DNA of 64,000 nt from Octopus vulgaris (lineage: Eukaryota). The position numbers and the translations under genes were made by a program. The notes beneath the pieces are model-generated. The model saw nothing but the letters and a program-made list of their open reading frames with translations, searched no databases and was not told the DNA's origin. The stretch covers positions 128,278,001 through 128,342,000 of the forward strand of contig OX597817.1 in assembly GCA_951406725.2 (NCBI GenBank). Reading direction: 5' to 3'. Shown piece after piece: positions 62,112 to 64,000 of this stretch (the first letter of the stretch is position 1; each line of letters begins with the position of its first letter).

Positions 62112-62144
<33 letters not shown>

Positions 62145-62150
62145 GCATAC

Positions 62151-62205
<55 letters not shown>

Positions 62206-62334
62206 TTTAATTTCTTTTACTGTCACTACAATATATTTATGTATGTACATGTATGTATATGTATGCATGTATATATATATATATATATATATTTAAAAAA
62301 AGGAGATGTGGAACACGAGTTGTGATATATAAAA

Positions 62335-62641
62335 AAGGAAATGAAGAAAATGCTGACAAAATAATTCAAGTAATTTAAGTAATTTATTTAGGTGAAAGTT
62401 CTTTTTACCGGTTGCGCATTTGTTATGCTTATCAACATTTTTTTAAGAAAGAAAGAGTTCGTTTCTGATAGATTTTTTTCCTCTTATCTGAGATAAGAGG
62501 AAAAAAATCTATCAGAAAGGAACTCTTTCTCTCTTAAAAAAATTTTGATAAGCATAACAAATGCGCAACCGGTAAAAAGAACTTTCACCTAAATAAATTA
62601 CTTAAATTACTTAAATTATTTTGTCAGCATTTTCTTCATTT

Positions 62642-62645
<4 letters not shown>
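62335..62645. repeat. 311-bp near-perfect palindrome
   Basis: 155-bp arms around a single G at 62490; about 4 mismatches counted by eye. Confidence 0.9.
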
Positions 62646-62707
<62 letters not shown>

Positions 62708-62736
62708 GTATATATATATGTATATGTATATATATA

Positions 62737-62811
<75 letters not shown>

Positions 62812-62856
62812 ATGTATATGTATATATATATGTATATGTATATATATATGTATATG

Positions 62857-62929
<73 letters not shown>

Positions 62930-63196
62930 ATATATATTTATGCATGCATATTTGTGTATATATATGTCTATATACGTATGTATATGTATATATATGTATG
63001 CATATATGTGTATATTTGTGTATATGTAGGTATATATGTGTATACATAAATATATATGTATATATGTATATATAGATGTATATATATGCGTGCGTTCATA
63101 TATATATGTGTGTGTATATGGATATAGAGATGTAAATATACATGCGTGTATATGTATATGTATGTATGTGTATATATATATGCGGGTGTGTTTATG

Positions 63197-63259
<63 letters not shown>

Positions 63260-63265
63260 TTATAT
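62645..63265. repeat. Compound (TA)n/(TATATG)n microsatellite
   Basis: Direct reading. Confidence 0.95.
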
Positions 63266-63440
63266 GTAGACACGGGCGTAGCTATGAGCTAAGAAGCTTG
63301 CTTCCCAACGACATAGTTCCGGATTCAGTCCCACTACGTGGTGCCCTCGGCAAGCGTTTCCTACTTTAGCCTTCGGCCGATCAAAGCCATGTCAGTGGAT
63401 GGACATGTATTACATTATAAGTTTTACGTTGGGGATGCAA

Positions 63441-63490
63441 ATCCCGTTTTTCACTCGATGTAGAATTCTACATCGAGTGAAAAACGGGAT
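63441..63490. repeat. Perfect 50-bp palindrome
   Basis: atcccgtttttcactcgatgtagaa|ttctacatcgagtgaaaaacgggat, no spacer. Confidence 0.95.
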
Positions 63491-63569
63491 GGACGCTTTG
63501 ATTTTGTTTTGGTGCCTCGCTCTGTCGTAAACGACAATGTAATACTTGTCCTTGAAGTAGTAATTGTAC

Positions 63570-63656
63570 GCGGCTGAAGAAGGCTATTGACACACATTTA
63601 CATCAATTATGCATTGATATAAACCGTCTAATAAAGGCCCGAAACATATGTACCGC
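63570..63656 (+). ncRNA. Type I hammerhead-like motif with long stem II
   Basis: GCGG CUGAAGA AGGCU...(inner hairpin AUCAAU/AUUGAU)...GGCCC GAA ACAUAUGU A CCGC. Canonical core, palindromic stem III, GUA triplet, 4-bp stem I. Confidence 0.65.
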
Positions 63657-64000
63657 TAAATCCTTTGCATCATGTTTTTATTTTGATAAATATACATATA
63701 TATACATATATATATACATATACATATATATATACATATACATACATATATATATATACATATACATACATATTCATATATACATATACATACATACACA
63801 TATATATACATACATATATACATATACATATATACATATACATATATATAACTTAGAATAACTTAGAAAGGTTTTGGCCAGTATTGGCCCAGGCCATGTC
63901 TAACTTAATAGCACCACCTGGCGAAGTCTTTCAGTTCAGGATTTGGGCACCAAGGCCCATTCGAGCAGAGAGTTATTGTTTGCGGAGACATATCCGGGTG

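Overview
AT-rich, microsatellite- and SINE-dense eukaryotic DNA. The repeat families look like those of Octopus (inference from recognition, no database search). The 3' part of one intron-rich gene, CFAP47 (cilia- and flagella-associated protein 47), lies on the + strand: 20 hand-spliced exons from 981 to the stop at 48275, about 965 aa, with the 5' end outside the window. Introns and the downstream region hold tRNA-derived SINEs, LINE, mariner, piggyBac-like and Helitron remnants. The stand-out feature is a 2.7-kb insertion into a (TA)n tract in one intron (21460-24135). It consists of about 7.4 near-identical 359-bp units in two divergent (inverted) arms. Each complete unit carries a type I hammerhead ribozyme fold with a palindromic stem III, a GUC cleavage triplet and a variant core (CCGAUGA). 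This is the architecture of a non-LTR retrozyme, here with twin-priming-like geometry. At least four other minimal or degenerate hammerhead motifs and several fold-back palindromes occur in other microsatellite-associated elements. Ribozyme activity and novelty are untested. Nearly all ORFs in the supplied track are spurious.
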